Source: the human T2T-CHM13v2.0 reference genome, Homo sapiens. From it: DNA of 64,000 bases. The notes beneath the pieces were generated by a model. That model was not told the origin of the DNA and searched no databases. It saw nothing but the letters and a program-made list of their open reading frames with translations. Each line of letters starts with the position of its first letter. Positions within the stretch are counted from its first letter, which is position 1. The stretch is taken from assembly GCF_009914755.1 (NCBI RefSeq), contig NC_060926.1. One strand, given 5' to 3'. Made by a program: the position numbers and the translations under genes. Shown piece by piece: positions 13,495 to 27,578 of this stretch.

Positions 13495-14627
13495 TGTTGC
13501 AGGAAGTCAGGAACTCTGAACGGAGGGACCGGCTGGAGCCATGGCAGAGGAACATAAATTGTGAAGATTTCATAGACATTTATCAGTTCCCAAAATTAAT
13601 ACTTTTATAATTTCTTATGCCTGTCTTTACTGCAATCTCTGAACATAAATTGTGAAGATTTCATGGACATTTATCATTTCCCAAATAATACTCTTAAAAT
13701 TTCTTATGCCTGTCTTTTCTTTAATCTCTTAATCCTGTTATCTTCATAAGCTGAGATTGTACGTAACCTGTGATGATTGCGTTAGCTGTACAAATTGATT
13801 GTAAACGTGTGTTTGAACAACATGAAATCTGATTGTAAAACATGTGTGTTTGAACAATATGAAATCAGTGCACCTTAAAAAAGAACAGAATTACAGCAAT
13901 TTTAGGGAACAAGTGAAGACAACCATAAGGTCTGACTGCCTGCGGGGTCGGGCAAAAAGAGCCATATTTTTCTTCTTGCAGAGAGCCTATAAATGGACGT
14001 GCAAGTAGGAGAGATATCACTTAATTCTCCTTCTAGCGAGGAATGTTAAATATTAAGACCCTAGGAAAACAATTGCATTCCTGGGGGGAGGTCTATAAAC
14101 GGCTGCTTTGGAAGTGTCCATCTTATGCGGTTGAGATAAGGACTGAAATACACCCTGGTCTCCTGCAGTACCCTCAGGCTTACTAGGATTGGGAAATTCT
14201 AGCCTGGTAAATTTTGGTCAGACTGGTTCTCTGCTCTCAAACTCTGTTTTCTGTTAAGATGTTTATCAAGACAATACATGCATGGCTGAACATAGACCCT
14301 CATCAGTAATTCTAATTTTGCACTTTGCCTTGTGATCTTTGCTTTGCCCTTCGCCTTGTGATCTTTATTGGCCTCAGAAGCATGTGATCTTTGTGACCTA
14401 CTCCCTGTTCGTACACCCCCTCCCCTTTTGAAATCCTTAATAAAAACTTGCTGGTTTTGCAGCTCAGGTGGGGCATTACGGACCTACCGATATGTGATGT
14501 CACCCCTGGCAGCCCAGCTGTAAAATTCCTCTCTTTGTACTCTTTCTCTTTATTTCTCAGACCGGCCGACACTTAGGGAAAATAGAAAGAACCTATGTTG
14601 AAATATTGGGGGCGGGTTACCCTGATA
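13495..14627 (+). mobile_element. MER11 (HERV-K11) solo LTR, full length
   Basis: Starts tgttgcaggaagtcagg...cggagggaccggctg, ends aatattgggggcgggttaccctgata; 6-bp TSD gatgtc/gatatc; internal 91-bp and ~35-bp tandem units; AATAAA at 14439. Confidence 0.93.
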
Positions 14628-15258
14628 GATATCTCTCATTGTTAGGGTTGAAAACATTATTTAATTATTTTTATCTTATTATGAACCCTATTGTTTAAAA
14701 TCCTGAACCCTATAAATCTATATTTTGTTTATTTAAATTCATAGGATTAAAAGAATATAGGTCAGACTATATAAAACTTTGCCCTATTTTTAAACACTCC
14801 TAAAATATTGGCTTTGCTGGTGTATTTGTTCACACCCAAAGCTGAAGTTACTCATAATCAAATATAAAGCTTAAAAGTTGTGACACATGTAATCCAACCT
14901 CAGAATGGAATGACAGTAAAGTCACAAAAATTAATTTCTCAACAATTCAATTCATACGTTGTACACAATGATATTTCTTATTAAATCTCCTTTTAATCCC
15001 AAATACTTTTATTATTTGCCACAGCTTCTCCTGCATCTCATCTCATCAGCACTATAATCCTTCTCCCTACCACCTTTCTCCTTTTATAGAATCTCTACAA
15101 TGTGGTATGCTGCTCCTAGAAGGTTGGTTCAGGAGAAGAAATGAAGCAGGCAAAGTATGACTCCTCTTTAGAGGAGTAGAGGAAAGGAAGGCTGGGAAAA
15201 AGTGTACATTGGCCATTTCTGTCCCATTACACAGTGTTAGTATCAGATTAACATTGTC

Positions 15259-15665
15259 TTACATTGAATTCTGGGGAAAGAGACGCTGAGAGAGATTTGC
15301 CTGTGAGCGGTTTATTGCATTAGCTCTCAGGAACAACACCTTTTTGAGCATGAGAAAAGCAGGATAATAAGACAGAGTGAGAAGTTCCAGGCAGTTGCAA
15401 CAGAGGCCTCCACAGTATTGGAGGGAAAATATGAAGCTGGGATGGCCCTTAAGAGTTGTCCTGAATCAAGACAAGGAGGGCAGGCCTTTGTACCAGTCAC
15501 TGGATATGGGCTGTGGAGGGGGCATAACCTTGGGCAAAGCAGCTCTTTTCAACAGAGCATGAGGGAATCAGCTCTGAGTTGCCAGCAGCCCGTGTCCTAG
15601 GTAGCTGAGAGAAAGAGCACCTTTGCCCAGAATGGGGTGTATACATGGAGCATAAAAGCATCCAC
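15259..15665 (-). mobile_element. LTR33 (ERVL) solo LTR
   Basis: agctgggatggcccttaagagttgtcc...ggcctttgtacc...agtcactggatatgggctg...ggcataaccttgggcaaagcagctct. Confidence 0.75.
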
Positions 15666-18114
15666 TCCAAGCATTGTATTAAAAGTTGTATTTTCATACC
15701 ATAATAGGAATTAAATGTTCCAATGTTGCTACTGATGACCATCTCTGGGGCATCCTTGTTGCTAGTTATCGTTTTGGAAGGCCTCACATGAAGTAAGTTT
15801 GCTTGGTTTGTTGTTTCAAACCAGGTAATGGCTACCTCTTACAGGAAAATTGTTTTGCCAGATGTCTTTGAGGAGTTCTTTATGTTCAAGCTTCATCCTA
15901 TGAATGTTTCCCTTAAGCTTTTTGCACAGCAGTTTTGACATCTTCTTGCTATTTACCTTCTACACATTTTCAGGCCAAGAAAAGTTTATTTTCAGTAGTA
16001 AAACTGCAGTGTAGTTATGCAAGTTTGATGTCCCTGATGGTAAGTACCTGGCACAAATGAAACAGCTCTAGAATTTAACTGCTTAACACTGCATGCCAAA
16101 GTCTCCCAGCCCTTTAGGAAATTTGTTTTTTAGCACATCTCAAACTTGGCCTGAATTTTCCAGCTATGTTGATGCCAATCCAGTTTCCAAGCCATAGATC
16201 TGTTTGATTCTATTTTCTCCTTCCTAATGTATTTAACATGTAGTTTGACTGGGATTGCAAAAAATGTGCTTTTGTTTCCATTGAAATGCTTAGCTTATTT
16301 ATCCATAGCAAATAACATGATATATAACTTCAATTTCCTTTAGGCTGTCATTTCTTTAAGTTGATAGTGACTCTATGCTTGTCTTAATGTATATTAACTT
16401 CCAGCAAATAGGTATGAACCTAAAGAAGTCCTAAATCAGTTACTAGCTAATGAATGAAAGAACCAGTAATGAATTCTAACCTAGATTTCCTCACTGAATG
16501 CAATTGGAACATTACTCATCAACCCTAACGTGACAACCTGTGTTGCCTTGTCACATTTAAATGGCCTGTTGGGACTTTCTGGTGAACAAACCTAATTAGT
16601 AGCTGCTAAACTTACCTGAATGTCACTGAGTACTCCCTGTGTTTAGCAACAGAACTAGGCATTGCATGGCACAGGTCAATGGATATTGCATCTTAGCAAG
16701 TTCTTTCCTTATTGTGGGGCCACACCCTAGTTGGTGAGAGGTGTATCAAAGGGTGAAACTTCAGATCCATTGATTGCCGTCTATCATAAAGTCAGACTGA
16801 GCAGCCAGATCTGAGAGAACCAACACAGTTAGGTCCTGGCACAAAAATAAGTAGGACCCAGTATTCAAAGCCAGCCATCAAACTAATCATGAATTTGAGG
16901 CTCAGAAAAGTAAGAGGTAAAGGAGCAGGGAGCCTCTGGAGGTCAAGATGAGGCAATGGATCAGGTAGAAGCTACTGGATTTTATTCAGTAGTGATATGG
17001 GGATATCATGAACTCCTATTAGTGTCTCAAAGTCATTGGATAACTTCAGCCTTGGATTTCCACATTCCAAAGCCCTCCAGGAATTTATTTTTCATATAAG
17101 GAGCTAAAAAAACCAGTTGCTCTACAATTCTTGGGTATAAAAACTAACTCTTGTTTTGCTACCACAGAGAACTTTTAATAATTGACTAATTAATCTTCAC
17201 AATATCTGTCCGTTAAGTAATAGATTGAAAGAAAGTACACCGCCACCCCCTACCATCCCACTGAAATAAAGCCCCATTTGGAACGGAAGTTTTTTTGAGC
17301 TATAACTAGACAGCAGCTTAAGACGGTGCTAAGGACAACATATGGGACAAAAATCCAAATGGATAAAAGTATGAAAATAGGGCAGGAAGCTAAAATAGAT
17401 GTGCACTCAATTTCTTTAGTATAAATAGCATTGTCTGTAATCTCAGGTATATGATTCAGCAATTGCTAATGAAAATCATTTTTAGTATTGCAAATGGGCA
17501 AGAAACAGGGCCATGCTTTTTAAAATACAAAACTGGGAAGAGTCTCTGAAAAACCTGAAATACTCAAAAGTTTCAGTTGGGCTATATATTTTTCCTATTT
17601 GTTAATATAACTGGCATCCAAATCCCCTAAACCAAGTGGAATGGCTGGTAACCTAACTAAATAGTTTAAATCACTGAAGGAAGCCAATCTCAGTAAGGAT
17701 GGGCACAAATAATCACCAAGCCTTGTTGATTGGCCTGATCACAAATTCATGACTATCACACTCACTGGGGCTCTAACAGCCTCTGCCATCCATCCATTTA
17801 CTCATCTCAGAATGAATCTCTATTCCACTCACAATCTTTTTTCTCCTCTGCAGCTCTCAGCTTCTTTGTGCAGCCTTCATTCTCAACATAATATCTCACT
17901 GTCTAACTTGGATGGGTCCAATTTCCTCCCATCCATATCTAATTTTAATTTCATTTTACCTTCCCTACCCTCAATTATTTATGCTTCAGAAAACCAGTGT
18001 CCTTACTCGCTTCCAAGATGACCAGTTCTTCCACCAGACCCTATGCCCACTCACCTTCTTTGGGGCTTTATTCTATCCCTCCACACCTCTCCATCCATAT
18101 TTTAAAAAGTCACT

Positions 18115-18618
18115 TGTTACAGTCACATATTGCTGCATATCAATCACCCCAAACCATCAGTGCTTAAAACAATATTTATTTGCTCAAGTCTGCAATTTAG
18201 GCAGAGTGGGGGCTCCTCTGTGATCAAGTGGCATCGTCTGTAGCTGGAAAATCCAAAATGGCTTCTTCACTTGTGTCTGGTGCCTGAGTTGGGGTGCCTT
18301 GAACAACTGGGGGATGGCTGGACATCTTTCTCTCTCTCCATATGGTGGTTCCACATGGATAGCATAGGTTTTCCCCACAGCAGGGTGGTGTCAGGTAGTC
18401 AGACTTCTTCTATGGCAGCTGCCTTCTTCCAAAATACAAGAGCAGAAGAAGCAGAAGCTGCCAGGTCTTCTTAATACCTTGGCTTGGAAGACTGTCTAAG
18501 AGCATCACATTCTGTTGGTCACAGGGCCATCCCAAATTCAAGGGGAGTGGAATACACAGGGAATGAATCCCAGGAGATATAGTTCATTGGGGGTCACCAA
18601 TGTAAGAGACTACTACCC
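18115..18618 (-). mobile_element. Old MLT1 (MaLR) LTR
   Basis: attgctgcatatcaatcaccccaaa...gcttaaaacaa...agctggaaaatccaaaatggcttc...cattgggggtcacc. Confidence 0.75.
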
Positions 18619-18619
18619 C

Positions 18620-19310
18620 ACCTCTTCATTGTATTTTTAGAATCCACTTCCATTATCCTAATAAAACTATCTTCCCAACCTTATTCTTCCTAAAGAGTTA
18701 TAACCTACTCTCATTTACACTTCATCACCACTTCTCAAAAATCATTCTTTACTCTTGTTTCCTCCAAGCTAACACTTCTTTTACTCCTCAACCTGCTACA
18801 AGCTGGCTTCCAGTCTCATCCCATTATTAAAAACTAACATCAACTTTCTACTTGTTAAATCCATGTGTCTTCTTCGTCCTCCTCTAACAGTATTTATCTG
18901 AATCATTTGTTTCTGTTGACCTCTTCTTGAAGCTCTCTCCTCCTTTGACTTCTGAAACATTGTGCGGCTTTCTTCAAACTTTCTCCTTCCCAATACCTTT
19001 CTCTAACTCTCCTTTCTCTTTCTCTGCATAAATGTGGGAGGCTTCTGCATCACCCCCCATCCTGTGTTCCTCTGTCTGTCACTAGGCTATCACAATCCTA
19101 CCCCCGTAAAAATCTAGAAACCACCCCCTCTTTCCATTTCCATTGCTCCTACACTAATTCTGAGCCTCATCTCTTGCTCATTAGGCAAATGCAAGAGTCT
19201 TCTATTTCATCTCCAACACTCCAGTTTCTTCCTCTTTCAATCCTACAAACCGGTATAGAAGTTACCTTCACTAAACAGAGTGGTCTATGCTCAAAAACTT
19301 TGCCCCGTGA
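18620..19310 (+). mobile_element. L2 fragment
   Basis: Pyrimidine-rich sense L2 body (gctggcttccagtctc...ctcttcttgaagctctctcctcctttgacttctg). Confidence 0.55.
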
Positions 19311-22095
19311 CTTTTCCCAGAATGCCAATCATTCTATCTCACTCAAATCACTCAGTGGTATAAATATTAGATTACATCTAAGAGGAAATTTAAAAAAATA
19401 CGTAGAAGCATCAAGCGAAACAACTCTGCATTTTCCCGAAGTACCTGCTTAACTGCCTTACTTTGCCATCTTGTTTTAAATCATCACTCTAGGATTTATC
19501 ACCAACCGATGCTCATTAAATTTTAATAACCCTCTGGGATATATGTGATAGAGTGACACTAAACTTCTCCCATAACTAGCATGCATATATATATATAAAC
19601 ATTTCAATTAAGTGTATGAAATAATATGCAAATCTGTACAGTGGGATAAGAAAATATTGGTGAGTATTTCACGTTGTAAGAGGAAAATACTTGGTTACTC
19701 TCTGTAACAAAAACAACAAAATTATACTATGTGCCTGGTGAGCAATTAATGCTCTACTTCATTTTCACAAATAGATTTGTTTCTAAGATATATAGATCAA
19801 TAAATCAATTCTATTTTCATATCTCCTTATAATTTAACATTTATTGTTCACTCATCTTTGTCTAACAATTTTCAACTTTTGTGCATTAGACTGCTTAACC
19901 CACCCCTAGATCCTCTATCAAGTAGTTAATGGTCTGGAAACAAATACCAAAGTTCTTGTTTTAAAGGAATATCAGTGTCAATACTTCTGCAAACTGAGTG
20001 ATTAGATATTAATTTGTAGCTTGAAAATTCAATTTGGCATACAGCTCATGTATGTATTTACAATTTATGATTATGCTGAGTTCCAAAGATGAGTTGAAAA
20101 TTGATTACTGAAAAATTGGAATGAAATGTTTCCATCAAAATCGTTTTAGTCAAGTTTTCCAAACTGATTCTTTTAAACTCTAATGCTGGTGACCTGCAAT
20201 ATATTAGTACCATTAATAAGTAGATCAATTTCAGGATCCTGGGACCAGAGTGCCTTCGATGTTAAAGGAAGAAAGAAGAGAAAGGAGAATAGTTTCCTCT
20301 TGCAATCTTTGCTGGTTGGTAATAAGCAATATTTCAATACTGCAAATTTTGCCAGCAGCACTCTTCTACTCCCTATATTTCTCTTTCTTTCCTATCCAGT
20401 TCCATCATCAGGGTCTTGCCCTAAAAGCCTCTTTTTCAGTCCCCTGCTTGAAATGCACTAAAGAATGTATTTCAGGCTTTGATATTACTTAAAGCCATCC
20501 TGTCTCTTCAAAATTGCCTTCCCATCCAGCTGGACAAAAATGTAGGGAACAAGGACTCTGGTGGGGAGAAGAGCGAGAGTAACAATCTCACTTAGTACAT
20601 CTACAACAGGCCTAAGGATGAGAGAAGAGAGTTCACACTTTTTATATCTAGGCAATATTTAACAGCATTAATAATGTAGTGGAATGGACATTATGGATGA
20701 GAGAAGGAAATGATGAAAAGGGGAAATGCTATAGGCTCTGCAAAGAGAGGGATGATTATAAAGAAAAAGAAGAGGGGAGAACTCTTTAGTCAAGTCTGAC
20801 AAGGTGGGGTTGCCATTTGTATGTCAAGGACATTCATTAGTTGGGAACTTTGTGGCTTAAAGCAAGATCCTTCTATGGTCATGATTCAAACTAGCAAAAG
20901 CAAATAAATCATGATGTCAGTATTTTTCAGTTTTTCAAATATATCAAGAATAAATATCCAGTTTGCACATTAAAAGAAAAATAATTAGATATAAACAATT
21001 TTTAGTCTTAATGTTTAAGTATTTTTCTTTTGAGTTTTAAATAATTCTTGACAATCTATGGACAAACTAGAAAATTTAGTGCATTGATATTCATACATTT
21101 TGTGATTTCTTGATTGTGGAATTTATAGAAAAACAAAAGAGAATTTGTAAGTGGGAAATGTGATGATTTAACACAGAATTATAGACAAAGTTTTATTGCC
21201 TAATCATCCATATGGCTCTTATATTTCTATAGCATTTTGCTCTGCCCAATGCACTATTACAGTAATGAGCTGTCTCTGTTCCAACCTAAGGCCACGAGTT
21301 CCATTTACCCTATTCTCTCTCCGTTACTCAAGGAATTTGCTCCTGCAATTCTCTCCTCTCAATTGAATTATTTCCATCAATATACAAATATGCTTCCACC
21401 TCTCTCATTTAAAATAAAGATTCTTCTCCTTGGAGAAATAGATGATTTCAGATGTAAGATAATAATTCTACAAGGTGAGCCAAGAACAGCTTGTTATACC
21501 AGATAGCAAGAAAGCTGTAATAAACTATGAGGGCATGTCAAAGGATGGTAAATTGAAGAAGCTTTCCTGCACACAAACAGGAATGATTTCAGTGTCAATA
21601 AGAATAATAACTTCAACACATTGAAACACATTAAATATATTTAAATTCATGAGTTCGATATTTTAAAAATTGCTAATTGTTAGAGGATACTACATAACTT
21701 ATTTACTACCACAAAACTGTTAAAGAGAAAGAATTCAATGTTTATTCTGCCTTTCTTAAACAAACTCTAAGCAAATAAATGATGAAGGAAGTATTCAAAT
21801 TAATAAATGATGAAGGAAGGATAGAATTAGAATGTCACCATTTTGAAATATTTAGTTGATGAATATATTGGAGCATCGAGCGTCAGTGGCTGCTAACATC
21901 ACAGAAAGAGCAGCAACCAGACATTACGTTCTTCTTGATGGATAAACATATCACCACCCATGAAACAATCTCGTCCCCACAAAAAAAAATTAAACCTGAA
22001 TCTGATCCAACTATTTCATCCAACTGTTTATGCTGGGGAAATACAAAAGAAGAGGAACATATTAAACAAAACCACAGAAGTTTAATAAGAAATTC

Positions 22096-22434
22096 TGCTA
22101 TAGTCTGACTGTGTTCCCCAGAATTCATGTTTTAAAAAATACCCAATGCATAAGTGTTGGGAAGTGAATTAATGCTGCATTGGGTATTAAGTGTTTGAAA
22201 CACGAATTCTGAGGGACACAGGTTCTCTTCTTGCTGCTTTTCTGCCATGTGAGGACATAGCATTCCTCCTCTCCAGAGAATACAGAAGGCGTCATGATGG
22301 AACCAGACATCTAACCTACCAGTACCTTGATCTTGGACTTCTCAGCCTCCAGAATTGTGAGAAATAAATTTCCGTTTTTAATAAGTTACCCAGTCTCAGA
22401 TATTCTGTTATAGCAACAGAAACAGGCTAAGACA
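22096..22434 (+). mobile_element. MSTD (MaLR) solo LTR with internal fold-back inversion
   Basis: tgctatagtctga...gccatgtgaggacatagcattcctcctctcc...gctaagaca; TSD aattc/aatac. Confidence 0.8.
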
Positions 22435-22825
22435 AATACCTAGACTATAGGTATACCTAGACTACCAATAAACAACCTAGTCTCTTCAAAAATAAATTGC
22501 AAGGGGGGAAAAGATAGAGAGAATTTATAGACTAACAAAATTAAGGAAGACACAGCAATGAAAGCCAAAAGGGATTTCAATGGTAGAATCTTGTTTGAAA
22601 ATTCAAACAAATCCTACAGAATTATAAAATTTATGAGCCAATTTGAACTTTGAACCCTTTCTTGGACATTTGATATTAAGGAATTATTAGTTGTTTTGAG
22701 GTGTCATAAGGGTATTATGATTATATTTATTGCAAAAAGTCCTCATCTTTTAGAGATACAGTCTTCAAATGTTTCTAGAAAAATTAGTGATATTTAGGAT
22801 TTGCTTCAAAATAATATAGAAATAC

Positions 22826-22960
22826 AGCCAGGTGCAGTGGTGTGTGTCTTTGATTCTAGCTACTCAGGAGGCTGAGGTGGGAGAATTGCTTGAGCCCAGG
22901 AGTGTGAGTCTAGCCTTGGCAACATAGTGAGACATCATATACCTCCCCTACCCCCCAAAA
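22826..22960 (+). mobile_element. FLAM (Alu monomer)
   Basis: Monomer with gctactcaggaggctgagg...ttgagcccaggag...ggcaacatagtgagac. Confidence 0.8.
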
Positions 22961-23023
22961 ATGTGGAAGTAGCTAAGTGCATACCAGTACGGATTAACAA
23001 GAATGTTAACTCTTAAAACTATT

Positions 23024-23326
<303 letters not shown>

Positions 23327-24019
23327 CTCTTGGGGGTTCTGTACTAGTAGGTCTATTTTTGTACATGTTTTAAACTCTCCATCATAAAAATATTTTTTAA
23401 ATTTGTCTCTTGATCCTGCACTCTTTTTGTCTACGGCTTCATTTTTCTGCTCCCTATTGGAACAAAGTTCTGCATAAAACCTGTCTCCACTTTTTCACCT
23501 TCCATTTTCACTCTTTCCAAACAGACATTTTGCTTCCCTTATTCCGGTGAAACTTTTGTTATCCAGTTGCCCTGTGACCTCTATAGGCCAAATCCAGTCC
23601 TCAATCTCTTTCCTCATCTCACTCAGCCTCTTAGAACATTAGCATCAATTGGACCATTCTTGATTTTTGTGCTGTCCCTGCCTCACAAGCTTCTAATTTC
23701 ACTGGCTACTCCTTTGGTTTCTCTCAGAATGCTGGAATGCCACTGACTCCCTGTCGACACATGTCACTAGGTAATCTCTCCCAGTTCCACAGCTTTAGAC
23801 CTGGTGGGAATGCTGATGGTTCCCAACTTTCCATTCTCATCCCTGAGCCCTAACTCATATGTCCAATGGCATGGCAATGAGTAGCAGGCAGAAATCTTAA
23901 CATTAATGAATGAGCAATGAGACTCCTGATCCTGCTTCCTCCCACTTCACATATTCTCTCTCCCCACCCTGGTATCCCCCATCTTAATAATGCATCAACA
24001 TCTTCCCAGTAACTCAGGC

Positions 24020-24051
<32 letters not shown>

Positions 24052-24154
24052 ACAAAAAACCCTCAAAGTTATGTTTGACCTTTTTTCCCCTACTCTGCAC
24101 ATTTAATTTGTGAGGAAGTCCTGTAAGCTCTGATTTAAATATATTCTAAACTGA

Positions 24155-24512
24155 TGTTTTAGTGCGGTCAGACTACCATAACAGAATACCACAGGCTGGG
24201 TGGCTTTCTGTTTACAACAGTAATTTATTTTCTCATGGTTCAAAATTAAAATGCCAACTGGTTCCATTCTCAGTGAGGCCTCTTCCTGGTTTGCAGATAG
24301 CTGCTTAATTGCTGTGTCCTCACATGGCAGAGAGAGAGAGAGAGAGCGCACCCTGGTGTCACTTCTTATAAGGACACTAACCCTATTGTATCAGGGCCTC
24401 AGCCTTACAACCTCCTTTAACTTTGTAGGCCCTGTTGCCAAAATACAGTCACGTTGGCCTCTAACGCCTCAACATGTGAATTCTGGGGAAGAACACAATT
24501 CAGTCCACAGCA
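24155..24512 (-). mobile_element. MLT1A/MLT1A0 solo LTR
   Basis: tgttttagt...cataacagaataccacaggctgggtggctt...acacaattcagtccacagca; TSD actga/cctga. Confidence 0.8.
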
Positions 24513-25086
24513 CCTGAGCACAGTTATTTCAGAGCTCTTACATTTTTCCTTCTGCCTAGAATATTTTCTCCAATGTCAGGGCTATCATCTTTCCAACACT
24601 TGGAACTCAGGGCAAACGTCCCTTCCCAGAAAGCCCTTCCCTGAACCCTCTGTCTAAAGTACCCACATAAACCCAACTCATCTCAGTTACTCCCATCATT
24701 GCCTCTGCTTTATTTTCTTTATAATTCTGACCACTATCTAAAATACCATATAGTTATTTTCTCATCAACTGTATTGTGACTATTCTCACTAGCTTCACAG
24801 GAGCAGGGACCTTGTGAAGCAGGAGGGTGGTTGGCAGGAAGTGGTGAACGAGTGGATCATGATGCCCCCACAGTGCTCAAGGCACTTAACAGCAAGACCC
24901 TGCCTGTTTTGCCATCACTGAGCCACAGTGCCTACATTATTAGACACAGTAGATGCTGAATAAAAAATTATTGATTAAATGAATGAAGGAGTGTAAGCAT
25001 CCTCAAATTGTAACTTATTAGCCCCTCCATCTTGGCCCTAGTCTTCTCCAATTTTCTTTGAGATTTGTACAGCTGTCACTAAAATA

Positions 25087-26261
25087 GAGTCATGCATCCC
25101 TTAACAATGGGATACAATTGGAGAAATGCATGGTTAGGTGATGTCATCATTGTGTGAGTATCATAGAGTGTACTTACACAAACTTAGATGGTATAGCCTA
25201 CCATACGCCTAGGCTCTATGGTATAGCCTGTTGCTCCTAGGCAACAAACCTATACACATAATTACTGTACAGAACACTGTAAGCAATTATGACACACTGA
25301 GAAGTATTTGGTATTTAAACATAGAAAAGAGACAACAAATATATGGTATGAAAGATTAAAAATAAAAACAAACAGCACATCTGTATAGGGCATTTGCCAA
25401 GAATGGAGCTTGCAGAATTGGAAGTTGATCTGGGTGAGTCCGTGAGTGAGTGCTGAGTGAAGGCCCAGGACATTACTATACACTACTGTAGACTATGAAC
25501 AAAGCACACTTAGGCTACACTAAATTTATTTTTAAAACTTTCTTTAATATTAAATTGACCTTATATCACTGTAACTTTTTTATTTTATAAACTTTTTAAT
25601 TGTTTTTAACTTTTTCACTCTTTTGTAAGAACAGCTTAAAACACAAAAACATTGTACAGCTGTATAAAAATATTTCAATGTTTATATCCTTATTCTATAA
25701 GCTTTTATCTATTTTAATTTTTAAACTTTTTGTTAAAAACTAAGCTGCAAACACATTCATTGCCCTAGGCCAACACAGGGTCAGAATCATCAATATCACT
25801 GTCTTCCACCTCACCTTGTCCCACTGGAAGACTTTCAGGGGCAATACCCCACATGAAGCTGTTATCCCTTGTATCAATGCCTTCTTCTGCAATACCTCCT
25901 GATGAACCTGCCAGAGGTTGTTTTACACGTTAACTTTTTTTGTAAGTAGAAGTTCAACACTGTAAAATAATGATAAAAAGTATAGTATAGTAAGTAAATC
26001 AACCATTTATTATCATTATCAAGTATTATGTACTATACATAATCGTATGTGTACATAGTTCTGTACAACTGGCAGCACAGCACAGCTGGTTTGTTTATAT
26101 GAGGATCACCATAAACACATGACTAATGTGTTGCACTAGGAAGTTTTGATGGCTATTACATCACCAGGCAATAAAAATTTTTCAGTTCCGTTATAATCTT
26201 ATGGGACCACCATCTCATCTGCAGTCCATTGTTGACTGAAATGTTTTGCGGTGTATGACCG
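25087..26261 (-). mobile_element. Tigger3b (MER7B-type TcMar DNA transposon), near full length
   Basis: TIR-like ends gagtcatgc... and ...gtgtatgaccg, TA on both sides; ataatcttatgggaccacc and ctcctaggcaacaaacct hallmarks; ~1.18 kb. Confidence 0.85.
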
Positions 26262-26376
26262 TACCTATTTTTTCTTCTTCCATTTTTAATGACTTCATAA
26301 CTTCCAGATTCCTGCATCTTCTCAATGTTTCTCAAAATGATTTAAAGAATAAGTGACAAGAAATTTATATTAAACG

Positions 26377-26736
26377 TGTCTTAGTCTGTTTTATGATGCA
26401 ATAACAGAATATCACAGACTAGTAATTTATAATGAACAGAAATACATTTGGCTCACAGTTCTGGAGGCTAGAAAGTCCAGGAGCATGGTGCCAGCATCTG
26501 GTGAGGGTCTTCATGCTGCATCATCCCATGGTGGAAAGGCAAGAGAGGATGAGAGAGAGTGAGAAAGAAAACCAAACTCATCCTTCCATCAGAAATCTAC
26601 TCCCAATATAACAGCATTAAGCCATTCATGAGGGCTCTGTCTAACTACCTCTTAGAGGTCCCACCACTCAACACTGTTACACTGGAGATTAAATTTCTAA
26701 CACACAAATGTTGGGGGACACATTCAAACCATGGCA
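26377..26736 (-). mobile_element. MSTC solo LTR
   Basis: tgtcttagtctgtttt...gcatctggtgaggg...catcccatggtggaa...gacacattcaaaccatggca; TSD aaacg/aaaag. Confidence 0.8.
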
Positions 26737-26920
26737 AAAAGCGTAAGAAAATAATGATCTTCTAGTAATCATTGTGTCCAATTTAGCCACATGCTCTAAA
26801 TTATTTCTATTTCTCTAACACAAAGGTTGAAAAGGGAAAATATATTTCTAACAAAATAAAAATTAAAAGAGGTTATTCTATACCAATCCTCCGATGTTTG
26901 TATGATCTATAATAATTCAG

Positions 26921-27544
26921 TGTATCAGTCTGTTCTCATGCTGCTATAAAGAAATATCTGAAACTTAGTAATTTATAAAGAGAAGAGATTTAATGGGCTC
27001 ACAGTTCCACAGGCTATACAGGAAGCATGATGCTGGCATCTGCTTGGTTTCTAGGGAGGTAGTCCTCAGGAAACTCACAATCATGGCAGAAGGCAAAGGG
27101 GAGATAAGTATCTCACATGGTGGGAGCAGGAGCAAGTGCAGGGTGGGGGACATGCTATGCACTTTTAAAACAATCAGTTGTTTTTTTCTAGTATATTATT
27201 ATTATTTATTTTAAGTTCTGGGAAACGTGTGTAGAACGTGCAGGTTTGTTACATAGGTATACATGTGCCATGGTGGTTTCCTGCACCTATCAACCCATCA
27301 TCTAGTTTTTAAGCCCTGCATGCATTAGCTATTTGTCCTAATGCTCTCCCTCCCCTTGCCCACCACACCCCGACAGGCCCCAGTGTGTGATGTTTCCTTC
27401 CTTCTGTCCATGTGTTCTCATTCTTCAACTCCCACTTGTAAGTGAGAACATATGGTGTTTGGTTTTCCATTCCTGTGTTAGTTTGCTGAGAATTATGGCT
27501 TCCAGCTTCATCCATGTCCCTGCAAAGGACATGAACTCCATGGT

Positions 27545-27578
<34 letters not shown>

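Noticed and set aside
13550-13866. Direct repeats of 91 and ~35 bp resembling an array
   Set aside because: Intrinsic tandem structure of the MER11 LTR; no unique spacers, and CRISPR is not applicable to primate DNA
16740-17000. Possible ancient LTR (Gypsy-like) remnants here and near 35290-35470
   Set aside because: Too diverged to assign by eye; needs a Dfam HMM search
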